Part shown: piece by piece, positions 1-12,300 of the stretch
Position numbering within the stretch: position 1 is the first letter of the stretch
Layout of the letters: every line of letters begins with the position of its first letter
Origin: Protoeuglena noctilucae
Lineage: Eukaryota
DNA length: 64,000 nt
Assembly (NCBI GenBank): GCA_958009085.1
Contig: OY253675.1
Span: 434,001 to 498,000, forward strand
Direction of reading: 5' to 3'
Notes under the pieces: model-generated
The model's database searches: none
What the model was told of the DNA's origin: nothing
What the model saw: only the letters and a program-made list of their open reading frames with translations
Made by a program: the position numbers and the translations under genes

Positions 1-50
1 CACACCGCGACCCCTACCCACACGCACCCACCCCCACTCACCCCCCGCAG

Positions 51-3000
51 TTCCTACCTCCGTTGCCGCGCCATCCACGACCGCCTGCTCCGCACCTCCG
101 CCCTCGCCCACTGGGCCGCCCTGGCCACCTCCCAGAGACTGGCGCGGCTGAGTCAGGCCGCCGGGATCTCGTTTCACGCCAAGTCCTGCCAGCTGCGGTG
201 CTTTGCGGCCTGGAAGCATCTTCTGCTAAAGCGCAAGATGCTCGACGATCGGATGCGCGCGCCTGCGACTGTGACCATCGCAAACGCCACTATCCCCACC
301 ACCGCCACTGCCGGAGTTACACGGGGTGTGGCGCGTGGCACCACCACCACCACCACCACCGCTGTCATTGCACGCGGCAGGGCAGGGACTGTGGTTGATA
401 AGGGTGCGACGATCGCGGATCCCAGTGGGGGTCCGCTGCCCCGGCTGGGCGACGCCATTGGACGGGGGCTGGGGCGCGTGGCGGGGCGGTTCGAGGCGGC
501 GAGGGTGCAGGTGAGGGGTCACAGCTGTGGTGGTGAGCGTGCGGGGGTGCAGGTGAGGGGTCACAGCTGTGGTGGTGAGCGTGCGGGGGTGCAGGTGAGG
601 GGTTGCTGCCGTGGCGGCTGGGAGCATACTCGCATTTTACGTGGGTCGCTACATGTGTACACATCTGCCCACATCGTAGCTCCACTCATCAACCCCACCC
701 CATGTTAACATCCACCCCCCTCTACCACAACTCAGATCCATCAGTGCAAGTCCCTGCTGCGCCGCCTGGCCCCTCACCTGCGCTTCACCGCAAGCGGTGA
801 CGATGTGCAGTGGGCCGCCTCCGTCCACGCCGTCCGCACCGCCCGGGCAACCGCCGAGCGACAGCAAGCATCGACACAGTTACCACAGTTACCGCGTGAC
901 AGTGATGGTCGCAGTGGGGGTGGTAATGCAAGGGGAGTGGGGGCTACGAGAGCGGTAGAGCTGGGGCCTGTGCCGGAGGCGCAGCGGCTGGGGCTGGGGG
1001 AGGCGGGGCAGCGAAAGGCGATGATGAGGGCGATGGGAGTGGCGCAAGGAATGGGTGGGGGAGGCAGTGGGGTGGCTGGGGGGGGTAGCGATGCGGGTGC
1101 GGGTGGGGGTGCGGGTGCAGGTGTGGGTATAGGTATGGGGACAGAGGTGGAGGTCAGTTTGGGGTCTGCGTTGGGTGCGGCGGAGGGTCGCGATGCGCCG
1201 GCGACGGTCAGTGGGACGTTCGGGGGGGTGTCGACGGTGGATGGGGTGCATGCTGCGCAAGTGCATGGGTCATTGCCCGGCATCCCCGCTGGCTTGGCGA
1301 TACCTGAGATGTTCCAGGTGAGACCTGAATGCTGCACTGAGTCAGGTTAAGTGCCCGGCAGTCAGTGCGACACTGCAGCTATCGAGAGAGCACTCGCAGC
1401 ATTCATAGTTAATTAGATAGTGTTGCCAGTAAGTCTCACTGACTTGCAAACCAATCAATCCCCTTATCTGCCACCACCGCCGCAGGTGGACACGGAGCCC
1501 GGCTGGGCCCACCTGGCCCGCATCCTGCAAAGCGTGCTAGACACCATGATAGCAGCTGGCGGTGCCTCATCCGCCACCCACATCGTCCGGGGAATGCGGG
1601 ACGTGGCTACAAGCAGCCAAATTGGCGACTCGCTTGCCCTGCGTTTTCTGGCGGAGGCGGCGGTGTTAGCAGCCAGGACGGCGGGGGCGGGAAGGCCCAG
1701 GCACGCCCCCTTCCGCCCCACCCTCGACCGCATCGCAAATGCGCTGCGCGCGGAGCTTGCGGCCGCGACGCCAATCGCGGGAGCAGACGCGGTGTACACA
1801 GCTGCCACCGACACCGCACTCACCGCCACTCGCGTGGCTGCCGCCCTCGCCGCCACCGCCGCCGCCCGTCTGGCCGAGGGCGTACCCGGCCGCGATCCCC
1901 AGAACGTGCTGCGCCGTCCCCTGTCGCTTTCGGTGGAGGAGGTCGCCCGGCTGGAGTCCGGACTGACACGGGTGTCTGACGCGCTGTCTGGCGTTTCGCC
2001 CCCGCGTGACCCGGGGGCCATCCCGGGCGCCCTGCGGACCGCCGCTTCGGCGCTGCGGGGCTTTGCGCTGGAATTGGCGGAATGCGCCGACCGGGCGCGG
2101 GGCTGCGAGGTCGCGATGCGGCACGAGGTGGGGGCGTTGGGGGAGGTGGGGGCGGCAATGGCGGCGGCGGCAGATGGGGCGTTGACTGCGGTGCGGGCGC
2201 GCGCGGGGACGCTGCGATCGCTCGCGGGAGCAGGGGCGGGGGCGGATGGGGATGGGGAGCTGGTGCGGAGGCTGCGGGAGGAAGAGGGCGTGCATGCGGG
2301 GCGGGCAGAGCGGTTGCAAGCGCAAGCGAGGGAGCTGGACGAGATTGCTTCCGATGCTGTGGATCTTTCCATGGCTGCGTTCGAGGCCAAAGTGGAGGGG
2401 CAGGCGCGGGTGAGGAGTGTTGGGTGCTGGGTGCTTGGGTGTGGTAGCAATGTGGGTGTGGTGGCAGTGTGGGTCATTGTGTTATGACTCGGTTAGTGTT
2501 ACGAGTGTTACCATCGCTAGCACTCTCAACCGTGATAACAATAATAACCTTGCGCTTTTTAACAACACCCCCCCTCTCCCCCCCCCCACACACACAGGTA
2601 GCAGACATGGTGCGCAACCGCCCGCGCCCCTCCCCGCCCCTCGCCCCGCCCCCGCCGACCCTCCCAGAGGCAACGGCAGCGGTGCAGAGTGCACAAAACG
2701 AGGAAACGGAGGCTTTCCGAATGGTGGAGGAGCTAGTAGAGCGCAGGGCGGGGCTGCTGGCTGAGGCTGAGGTGGCGTTGGGAAAGGCGAGGGCGGCGGG
2801 GGCGGCGGCAGAGGTGGCGGGGCAGATGGGGGAGTGGCTGGGGGCGGTCAGCACGCGCCGGGAGGCGTTAGCGGGAGAGCTGTCCGCCCGCGCGGCATTG
2901 GCGCAGCAAGGGCTGGCAACAGCGGTGGAGGCGGCCGAAAGGGCGGGGCGGGAGGCTGGGGCGTTGGCAGCGGCTGCGGGGGTGGCGGCTGACGCAGCGG

Positions 3001-6000
3001 CTTGCGCGGCGCTTCCCTGGGGCGACTTGGATGCGTGGCGCTCTGCAGCTGCGGAGTTGCCGGAGGAGGGGCCAAGGATGGGGGCGTCGCGATTGCGCGT
3101 GTTAGAGCTGAGCGCGGCAGCTGAGGGGACTGCCAGGCGGGCCTGGGGCGACAAGCGGGGGTGGCGGCATGCGGGATCTGACGATGAGGATGAGGATGAG
3201 GGGGATAGTAATGGGGTGCGTGGGGTGGGCTGGCGTGTGGTGGCGGACTGCGATTGGACGGCGTTGATGGAAGTGGGGTTCGCGTGGGGGGACAACGCTT
3301 CGTGGGGGGAGGGGTCGAGGTTCCACCCGGAGGTGACTGACTGATTGATTGGTTTGTTGATTGGTTGACTGATTGATTGGTTGATTGGTTGAGGCTGATT
3401 GACTGATTAATCGGATCGACGTACACAATGCAATCGACCCAACCTTCTATTCAATCCCATCCCCATACCCCACCACCATCGCAGGTCAACCGCAGCCACG
3501 TCTTCGGCATCGACGCATCGGAGCTCCTCATCTACCCCCCCATCGTGCATTTCTACAATCGCTTCGGCCGATCGTGCTCTGCGGAGGAGGCGGGGTACGA
3601 GCCCTACAAGTGGTGGGAGGAGGGGATGAGGGGGGGGGATGGGGTGCTGGACTTTGGTGAGCGGTGTTGGGGGGGGGTGGTAGGGGTAGTGTGGTATGGA
3701 GATGGGGTAGTGTGAGAGGGGTGGTGGGAGGAGGGGATGAAGGGGCACTACTTCACCTCACAACTCACCCACCCCTCGTCTACTATTCCAATTCACTACC
3801 CATTTCCAAACCCCACCCCACCCATCCCTCCCACCCCTCACCCCCAGCCCTCGACCATTCACCGCCCACCATCTACCCACTCACCACCCACTCACCCACC
3901 CATCTCCCATCTCCCCACCCCCCCAGCCCCCCCCGGCACTCGCGGCGCCTCCGTGCGTGGCGGCGCCCATCTCCTCGACAGCCCCGACGACAGCGACTCT
4001 GATAACGAAGATAATAATGATAATGATGATAACGATTATTGCATCATGCCAGTCGGGTCGCGCGGTGGCATCCTGCACGACCTGTGGAGGGTGCGGCTGG
4101 ACTGCGCGCCGAGGACGGCCACGGGGCAGGCGCGGCTGTACTATCTGAGAAAGGTGAGAGGGAGAATGGGTGATAGTTTGATGAATGATAATGTCAGGGG
4201 TGATGGTGTGGTAGTAAGACAGGCGCAGCTATGGGGCAGGCGCGGCTGTACTATCTGTGGAGGGTGAGGGGGGGTGATGGGGTGATGTTTATGGTAGGGT
4301 GTAATTTTGCTTCTTGCGATTGTGAGGCAGTATCTATGGCACATACCAACCACCTTCAACCACCCTCACCCAAACCCACCCATCCCCTTCTCCCCCCTCC
4401 TCCCCCCCAGCTCGCCCGCCGGGCCCTACAAGCCATCGCCCTGTGGCGCGTGCACTGCCACCGCGCGTCGGACATCGCAGGCTCCCTCGGCCGCCGCGCG
4501 CTGATGCGTCGAGCGTTCGACAGATGGCAGGAGTGGCCGGGGGTGGCGAGCGATGCGGCTCTTGCGTTCCGGGATCGCAACCTGGCCGCCAGTGCGATGC
4601 TGGGGTGGGCCCTGTGGATGCACTACAGGCGAGTCACTGTCTATGTGTGATTGGAGATGTGCAATAACTGGCAGCGAGTGCGATGCTGGGGTGGGCGCTG
4701 TGGATGGCGAGGGTGCAGAGGAGGGTGCAGTGACTGGGATCGTGCTGTGCAAATTACTGTCACTGATACCCATACTGGTATCCGTATTGGTGTCGGTATC
4801 GTATCGGTAATGGTATTGGTATTGTTACTAATACCAATACTGATATTGATCACTCCCCCCATCCCCCCAGGGCCGCCAAGCTCTCCGCAATCCTCGAGGC
4901 CCAGTCCTTCTACCACCGTCACCTGCAATCCACCGCATTACTATCGTGGCAACTATGGCTGGAGCGGCGCAGGGAGCTGCGGGAGAGCTACGAGCGGGTC
5001 GTGGCCGCCAGACACCGAGGGCGGATGCGAGAGGCATTCGGTCACTGGCACGCGATGGCGGCACAGCGCGCGCTGCTCACGCGCGTGTTCACGCGAATGC
5101 AGGAGGCGTGGGAGGGCGTGGGGTGGCACCCGGAACACCACTACGAGTTCGATCTCATGCAAAGGGTGATGGGTGCGTGGCGGGAGAGAGCGGGCGAGGT
5201 GGTAGCGAAGCGGACCGGGGCAGCGCGGGAGGCGGCGGCGGAGGCGTACCGATCCGCGTCGCTCGCGCACCGGGCGATGAGCGCGCTGCGGGCAGCGGGC
5301 GGGGAGGCGCGGGCGCGGGGGCGGCTGAAGTCCCGGGTCTTCCGTGCGTGGTGGGCGGTGGCGGCGGTGGAGGCGCTGGAGGGCGGCGGGGCCGGGAGGA
5401 GCCAGCTGCGCGCGGCGGGGTACGCCAATGAGGGGCAGTACGATCGCATACGGTGCGTGTGGGGTGTGGGGTGGGATTGTTGGGTGGTTTATGGGGATGG
5501 AACTGTGGTGGTTGGCTGTGGGTAGTTTATCTATCAAATAGATATACGTTGTCGATCTGGTAACGCAATGTACCTCTCCCATTCCCGCAGTCGGCTGCAT
5601 GGGGCGTTTGGCGCATGGCGGCTGCTGTCGCAGGTCCGGTCCCGGCCGCTGCAGCTGGCGGCTCTGCTGTGGAAGCAAAAGGTCATGTCTGCCTTCGCAT
5701 TGGGGTGCCGAGCGTCGCGGGAGGAGGACGATTCGCGATTGCGGCCCTTTTTGGAGAAGTGGGGCGGACGGCGGCCGTTGAAGCGGGCATTCCGGGTATG
5801 GCGTGCCGTTGCCAGGAAACTCGCCAGGCTCAGGTGAGGGGATGCGGTCGTATTGCTAAGCGATGATGAGACGATGAGACGGTGAGGATGGGGCGGCGCA
5901 TTTGCAGCTTGGCTGTGGTGGTGGTGGTGGTTCCGATGCAGCAATGGCGACTCACGCAATGTGGATGACAACAATTATCGTTATCATCGCTTAGAGCATC

Positions 6001-6841
6001 GCTCAGCATTGCCCGGTTCCCTTCCGCAGGCGCCGCGAGTTCCTGGCGGCGAGTCTTGGGAATGAGGCGGCCAAGCGCCGGGTGCTGAGGGCGTGGAGGG
6101 GCGCAGTGGACATGGATGCGGCTGACGTGGCGCGCGCGAGGGCCGCGGCGAGGCTCTGCGATCGACTGAGGAAGCGCAGGGTGCTGCGCGCACTGGCGGA
6201 GGTGAGAGCTGGCGTGTGTTGCTGCATCGTGCTTTGCGCAGGGTGCTGACTCGATGACCGCACCGTTGCAATTGCGATCGCCGGCCCTGCAGCGAGTGTG
6301 TAGATACGAGCTGATAGCAATTGTCAATCGAGAACGGGTGCAGGGCGATTTGATTTCAATTTCCATGCCGTTGTTGCTGCCGTTGCTACCCCCGCAGTGG
6401 TCCATCACGTCTGCGAAGGCGCGCCTGGACACGCTGCTGCACGGGCGCGCGCCGCGGGGCAATGCAGACGCGGATTTGCAACAAGAATGGGCGGGGTCGG
6501 GGCCGGGATGGGAGCCGAGGAGTCCGCCAAGGACAGGGGAGACCATCGCGTACAAGGACGCCCTCGCTGCGCTCGCTGCGGTGCGCGGGGGCGGGATCGA
6601 GGGTCTGCGGAAAATCGGGTACGATCTGGGATGGGAGACGGAGGGCGCGGAGCCCGGGCGGACGCTCTGGCGGGGCGTGCTGCCCCGGCCGCCCTCCGCG
6701 GAGCTGGACGCGACGGACGTGCGGCTGTTGGTGCGGGCCATGGCCGCGTGGAAACTTTGGGCTCGGAACTGGAGGTTCGGGGCGGAGGCGCCGGCCGCGG
6801 GGGCCGCGGTCGCCGCCACTGCACCCTATATCGCATGCTGA
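51..6841 (+). CDS. SFI1-repeat-like (centrin-binding-like) large helical protein, 5' end outside the window
   Basis: In-phase exons ~51-510, 736-1317, 1486-2409, 2598-3332, 3485-3656, 3927-4153, 4411-4628, 4871-5452, 5591-5833, 6030-6201 and 6398-6841 (TGA). Recurrent L/M-x3-F/L-x2-W-[RK] motifs (QLRCFAAWK, LMRRAFDRWQ, MREAFGHWH, LKSRVFRAWW, LHGAFGAWR, LKRAFRVWR, LLVRAMAAWK) resemble SFI1 centrin-binding repeats. The family call rests on motif recognition only. Confidence 0.65.
499..602 (+). repeat. 42-bp tandem repeat (about 2.5 copies) spanning a splice donor
   Basis: Unit GCG(A/G)GGGTGCAG|GTGAGGGGTCACAGCTGTGGTGGTGAGCGT at 499-540, 541-582 and partially at 583-602. Confidence 0.95.
3333..3410 (+). 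repeat. degenerate (TGAT/TGAC/TGGT)n intronic microsatellite beginning at the donor
   Basis: GTGACTGACTGATTGATTGGTTTGTTGATTGGTTGACTGATTGATTGG... read directly. Confidence 0.85.
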
Positions 6842-7139
6842 GGGTTGCGATTGGTAGCTGGGAACGGTTCCGCGGACGGATGAACTGTCGCTGTGTTATG
6901 CTTGAAGTCTTGTTGAAATCGTGACGAGTGCGAAAGTGCGGCGCGCGGCCTCGGCGAGTCAACTGGCGCTGCGTTCACTTGCGACGATGCGGGAGGGCAG
7001 AACTCCTTTCGCGCGCATCCCCGTCCCGCAGTGGCGGTAAAATTGCATTCCTAATACCTTACTCGGCCTTTTTCTCCACCCGGCACCGTGTGCGGATTCG
7101 ACGCGGCCGGGTGCAGCTGCATGAGACGCGCTTGAGAGG

Positions 7140-7232
7140 GTGATTGGCCCGAAGAGCGAGCCGCGCGACCCCCTCCCCGTGCATGAGAGGATGATTGGTC
7201 TGAAAAGCGAGCCGCGCGACCCCCTCCCCGTG
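7140..7232 (+). repeat. 51-bp-period tandem duplication covering the start codon of the GT31 gene
   Basis: GTGATTGGCCCGAAGAGCGAGCCGCGCGACCCCCTCCCCGTG (7140) versus ATGATTGGTCTGAAAAGCGAGCCGCGCGACCCCCTCCCCGTG (7191). Confidence 0.9.
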
Positions 7233-8895
7233 TCGACGAAACCTTTCGCGGAGCAGGGGAGGTGGAGGCGAGGCTGGTGCTCCTGGGAGGCCGCCCTCGC
7301 CGCGCTGGTCGCCGTGCTTGGCGCAATCCTGACGCTGCGCCTCGTCCTCGTCGCTCCGCCTCCAAGACCGGCCCTCGTCGAGCTCACGCCGGCGTATTTC
7401 GACATGTCGGACCTGCAGCGCCACGCAATGACCAAGCCCGGGCAGCGTTTCCTCACGCTCACGGACTTCCTAACCGAATGCGCGGCGTTCCCGGGATGCA
7501 TGCTCCCCGGACACCCCTCGCTGGCGGGCGACGAGGTCTGGTATATCGGCATGACGGGGTCCACGAGCAAGGACGAGCGCCTGGGCCCTCTCATGGCCGG
7601 ATGGGGTAACGCCCTGCCCCGGCTGATGTTCTTCGCGGACGTCGCGGATCCGAACCTCCGCGTTTTCACCTTCCCTGCCATCGAGGGCTTACCCACCTGG
7701 CAAGACGCCCAGGTGGGACATCATACCTGGGCGGGTATGTAGATGGTCGCGAGACTGGCAGCAGAATGAATGGAGACAATACCCCTTCTCTATGACGTGT
7801 CCGCAGCACCGACAGCCCCGCGCGCTCCAGTGGCTGTTCGAGGAGCCTCAGTTCACAGCTTATGACGTGGGTCGCGCCAAGTGGTTCGTGTTTGTGGACG
7901 ATGACACGTGGGTCAACGTGGAGGCTCTGCACAAGACGCTGTCCAGGTGAGTGATACGTGTGCACTCATGATGTGTGCATGTATTGCAATGTTGGCATCT
8001 GAGGGTTATGATGTGCTCACCAGGACAGGGCTTTCAATCGGTCGGTCCGCTGGCGTCGTGCTGCGTAACAGTACCATTGGTACTAGTACTGTTTTCCTCG
8101 CAGGCTCAATTGGAACACGCGCCTTGCCATGGGCTACGTCTGGCACGAGGTGTACAGCGACATGGACCACTTCTCGGGGGGTGCAGGCGAGTACTCGAGT
8201 GCCTGCATTGCATATGCGATAGATCATAGCACAAGTGCTAGGTACATACCACGCCATAGCAACTACAATCCCAGCATCGCAACACAGGACGTGCTGTGCT
8301 TTGATGCGCTGCGCTCCCAGGTATCGTGCTGTCGGCGCCGCTGGCACGTGAGGTGGCGAGGCGGCTGTACCGGGAGCCCGGGTGTATGCCGGAGATCATC
8401 AACGGGCACGTGTGGAACGACGGTGAGGATTGTAAGCATGTCGCACTATACATGCATGGCAGTATGCGTTTTATGGAATGCGTGAGTGGCGACTGTGCGT
8501 GCACGAGAGCATATTTGAATCACCCAACCCCCCCAGCACCGACACCGTTTTTTCCCAGATTCAAAAGATGGATCCCCTCACCTCCCCTCTCCTCACCTCA
8601 CCTCCCCTCACCTCTCCCTCCCACCCCAGTGTTCCTGTCGACGTGCATCGCCTCCATCCCCGGCTCCACGGTGGTCCACAGCACGAAGTTCCACGCGTCT
8701 GCTCTCGAGGAGATGCTGGGTTCGAACCACATCGACCCCGGGAAGGTCTTTGACGCCTTTACTTTCCACAAGGTCTTCGGCGACCGGCACGCCATTCTGA
8801 CGTCCGTCCAGCGGGACTGGCAGGGAGGGGGATACCCCGCGTCGCAGGGCATTCCGTTGGAGCACGTCGACATGCTCAGGTCCTTCGTGCCGTGA
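7191..8895 (+). CDS. Fringe-like beta-1,3-glycosyltransferase (GT31), type II membrane protein
   Basis: Exons ~7191-7712, 7807-7947, 8104-8186, 8321-8422 and 8630-8895. N-terminal TM segment (AALAALVAVLGAILTL), WFVFVDDDTWVN (DxD motif), FSGGAGIVLS and NDVFLSTC are typical of Fringe/GT31. Confidence 0.85.
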
Positions 8896-9344
8896 CAAAG
8901 ACTGTTCTATATTGATTGTTTTATATTGACTGTATCAATATGGGTACCCATGCTGTGCGCTACCCTGGGGTGGGGTCCGTCGGTGTACAGATGGGTGGTG
9001 GTGTGGGTGGCGTGCATGATTGGTTGACGCGATACTATTATTGAGTTGAGCTCGTAGAAGAGACTCCATTTCTCATTGGCCACCGATAACGGCTGTTCAT
9101 TATATTGACTTCGCCCCATGTGCGCTTTCAAGCGAGTTGCACCAAAGCAATGGCAATGATAACAAACACATGCAAAGCTGTGACTGCAGCGCAAACTGCC
9201 CGCTTGGGCTGCGCAGCGACTCACTGTGTGCCCCAATGCTGCGCCCACTGCACCCCCATGCCACCCTCACTCCCACACATGCTGCACACGCACCCTCACT
9301 TCATAGCGCATGCGCCCTCCCTGCACAGCACCCTCCCTGCACCC

Positions 9345-12300
9345 TCACTGCATAGCACACGGCATGCGCACGGCAGCCCCCTCCCCCGCCCCCCCCTCAT
9401 CCCCGTCCTCTCGCTCCCTCGCCCGCAACAGCGCTTGCAGTATCGCGGGGTCGAGCAGAGTGCTCAGGCCCAAACGACGGTGGCTGCCCTGCTTAGCGCT
9501 CTCCTGGTTGTGGCTCACCTGGGGGGAAGTGGGGGGGAGTGAGGAGTTATGTATAAAAGACAATTATTTACATCCGCAATAACCAATAAAATTTGCAATC
9601 ATATATAAGTATTATGATATTATTATGAGTTCACCACCACCACCCCTCCTTACTCTTACTTTGTACTTATCATCATCAAATCGTTCTGTTATTTATATCA
9701 ATATAGTAACAACAACACCCACTCACCAGCGTCTCAAGCGCGTTCGCGTCCACCACCGACCCCCCCTCCCCCTCCCCCCCCTCGCCCGCCCTCGGCGCCC
9801 ATATTCTGACGACGCTCTCGATGCCAGAAGTCGCCAGAACGGGGTCCACCGGGTGCGGCTGGCAGCAGTTGGCCACATCCGCGTCCGCAAGCAGCGCCGC
9901 CACCAAGCGACCGGACTGGGGGATAAGGGGGGTTATATAGGGAAAGGTATGATTGAATTATGGATAAGGGTTACTCGCGAGCAGGGCTGCCACCAGGCGA
10001 CCGGACTGGGGGATTGGGGGAGAGAGGGGATAAGGTGTGGGTGGATGATGGTGTATGACATGTGTGGGTGTAAGGGTGCTCAGGCATGTCAAATATCAAC
10101 CCTTCACACTATACACCCTCACGCTCACTGCCACCCCCACTGCCACCGCCACTGCCACCCCCACTGCTACCCTCACTCCCCCGCTCCCCACACCCCCACT
10201 GCTACCCTCACCCAATTGTATATACCACCCCTCCAACCACCCCCTCACCTCCGCCTCATGCAGGAACACAAACACAAACACCACCCCCACCACTCTCATC
10301 CCCACTGCCACCCCCACTGCAACCTCAACCCCACCACTCCACACACCCACACCCACAATCCCCTCCCCCCCCCCTCACCTCCGCCTCATGCAAGAAGACG
10401 TGCCCGCAGTCGGAGCAGCACGCGACCAATCGGTCGTCTCTCCCCACAAAGCACGCCTCCTTGATGTCCGTGTGCACGTTGCAGTGACCCACGTAGCGGC
10501 GGGTGAGGCGGGAACCGCCCTGGCTCAAGTCGCGGAGCCAGCGCTGGGGGGGTTACGAGAGACAGTAATAGATAGATTAGTTAATAACTGATTATGACCA
10601 GCTGATGTTGCCAGCGCTGGGAAGGGGGGAGAGGATAGATAGTAATGGAATAGTTGTTGATGAATACATTAATGATGAACACTTTCCAACTCACTAGCAC
10701 CCGCGACACCCATTTCAATACAACCAACCCCCACCTCCCTATCTCAATACAGCCACCCCACTCACCCACGACAGCCTCCTATCCGGCAACACCACCCCCG
10801 TCCCCCCCACCCCCTCCCCCCCAACGCTGATTGCCTCTCTGTCCGGCCCAGGGCCCCACCGCTGCCCAGACTCGTCCACCAGGCACTCCTCCACCCTGCG
10901 AGGGCGAATGGGGGATGAGACGCGGGTTTGAATCCCGGGGGAGGCAAGGGACTGTGCAAGAAAGCGACACACGGGGAACGGCAGAGCCCCCTTGCATGCC
11001 CGTCACCACAGCCGCGCTCACTGCCAACATGCCAGGCCCTCACACCTCCCTCACCCACACCCTCACACACCCACCCCTCCTACTCCCACACCACCCCCTC
11101 CCCCCTCACCCCGCACTCCCACCCCCTCCCCGCCCCTCCTGCCCCCTTCCCCCACCGCTCCCACCCCCCTCCTCATCATCACTTGAAATCCCCAGCAGCT
11201 CCCGCAACCGCCTCCGCCCCCGCTCCCCCGCACCCTCACTGTTACTCTCACCCCCATCACCACTCTCAATGCCACCCTCATCACCACCACCACCCTCACC
11301 CTCACTGCCATCCTCACCACCCCTGCCACTGCCACCCCCACTGCCACCCCTATCACCATCCTCACTGCCCCCCTCACTGCCGCCCCCCACAAACCTCGCC
11401 ACCACCCCCACGCTCCCCACAACGCGCTCCTCGTCCCCACTCCCCTCCTCCACCCTCTCCTCCACTTGCACTTGCACATCCAAACTCACGTAACTGCCAC
11501 TGCGACGATGCATGCCCCGGCTGCCCCTCCTATCACCTGCACCCGCACCCGTACCCTCACCGCCACCCTCACCCCCACTGCCACTGCCACCCTCACCCTC
11601 CCCCCTCCTCCTCACCACCCCCTCTGCTGCACCCCCACCGCCACTCCCACGGCCACCACCACCCGCACCCCCACCACCCCCACCCCTCCTGCGCTTTCGG
11701 TTCTCCCATCCCTGACTCAGCCGCTGGTCCAATTCCGCAATCTCCCCAATCATCGATGGGAATCGAACCTTGAAGTCATCGACCGCCTGACGGGCACTGC
11801 GGGTGGGTGGTTGGGAAGAGGGGAAGGGGTGGCAGTGGGGGTGGCAGTGGGGGTGGTGGGTGTGATGGTAGCAGTAAGGGTGGCAGTGAGGTCGTGGGTG
11901 GGCAAGGGTATGCTGATACACACTACTCACCCTCTCCCACACCTGATGGCCAGCCCCTAGGCATTACCCAGTCATCATCCTCAGTCATGCACTCCCTCGC
12001 CTGACCACCATCCCCAATGCAACCCGCATGCCTGCAACTGCTTTACCACCATTATCACCACCACTCATCATCCCCCTCACCTCGCCACCATCCCCAGCCC
12101 CCTCAGCGCCTGTGCCCGTTTAATATAAGGGCGGAAATACCCAGGCGCAGCGTCGATCGCATCCTCGGCATCCATCAGCGCAGAGAAGGCGTCGCCCGCG
12201 TAGTTGCGGTGGAGGTAGGCCGCGGCTCTGTGTGTGGGGGTGGGGGGGGTTGGTGGTGTGTGGTGGTCGTGGTGGTCGTGGTGGTGGGGATAAAGGGGGT

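Noticed and set aside
499..602. CRISPR-like array (also considered for the spaced repeats at 28410-28626 and 36453-36670)
   Set aside because: There are only 2-3 degenerate copies, each derived from the neighbouring exon end. The context is eukaryotic and there are no cas genes.
11973..12096. additional donor echo in a WDTC1 intron (CTCGCCTGACCACCATCCCCA versus CTCGCCACCATCCCCA)
   Set aside because: The match is short, gapped and in low-complexity sequence, so it was not counted among the supported echoes.
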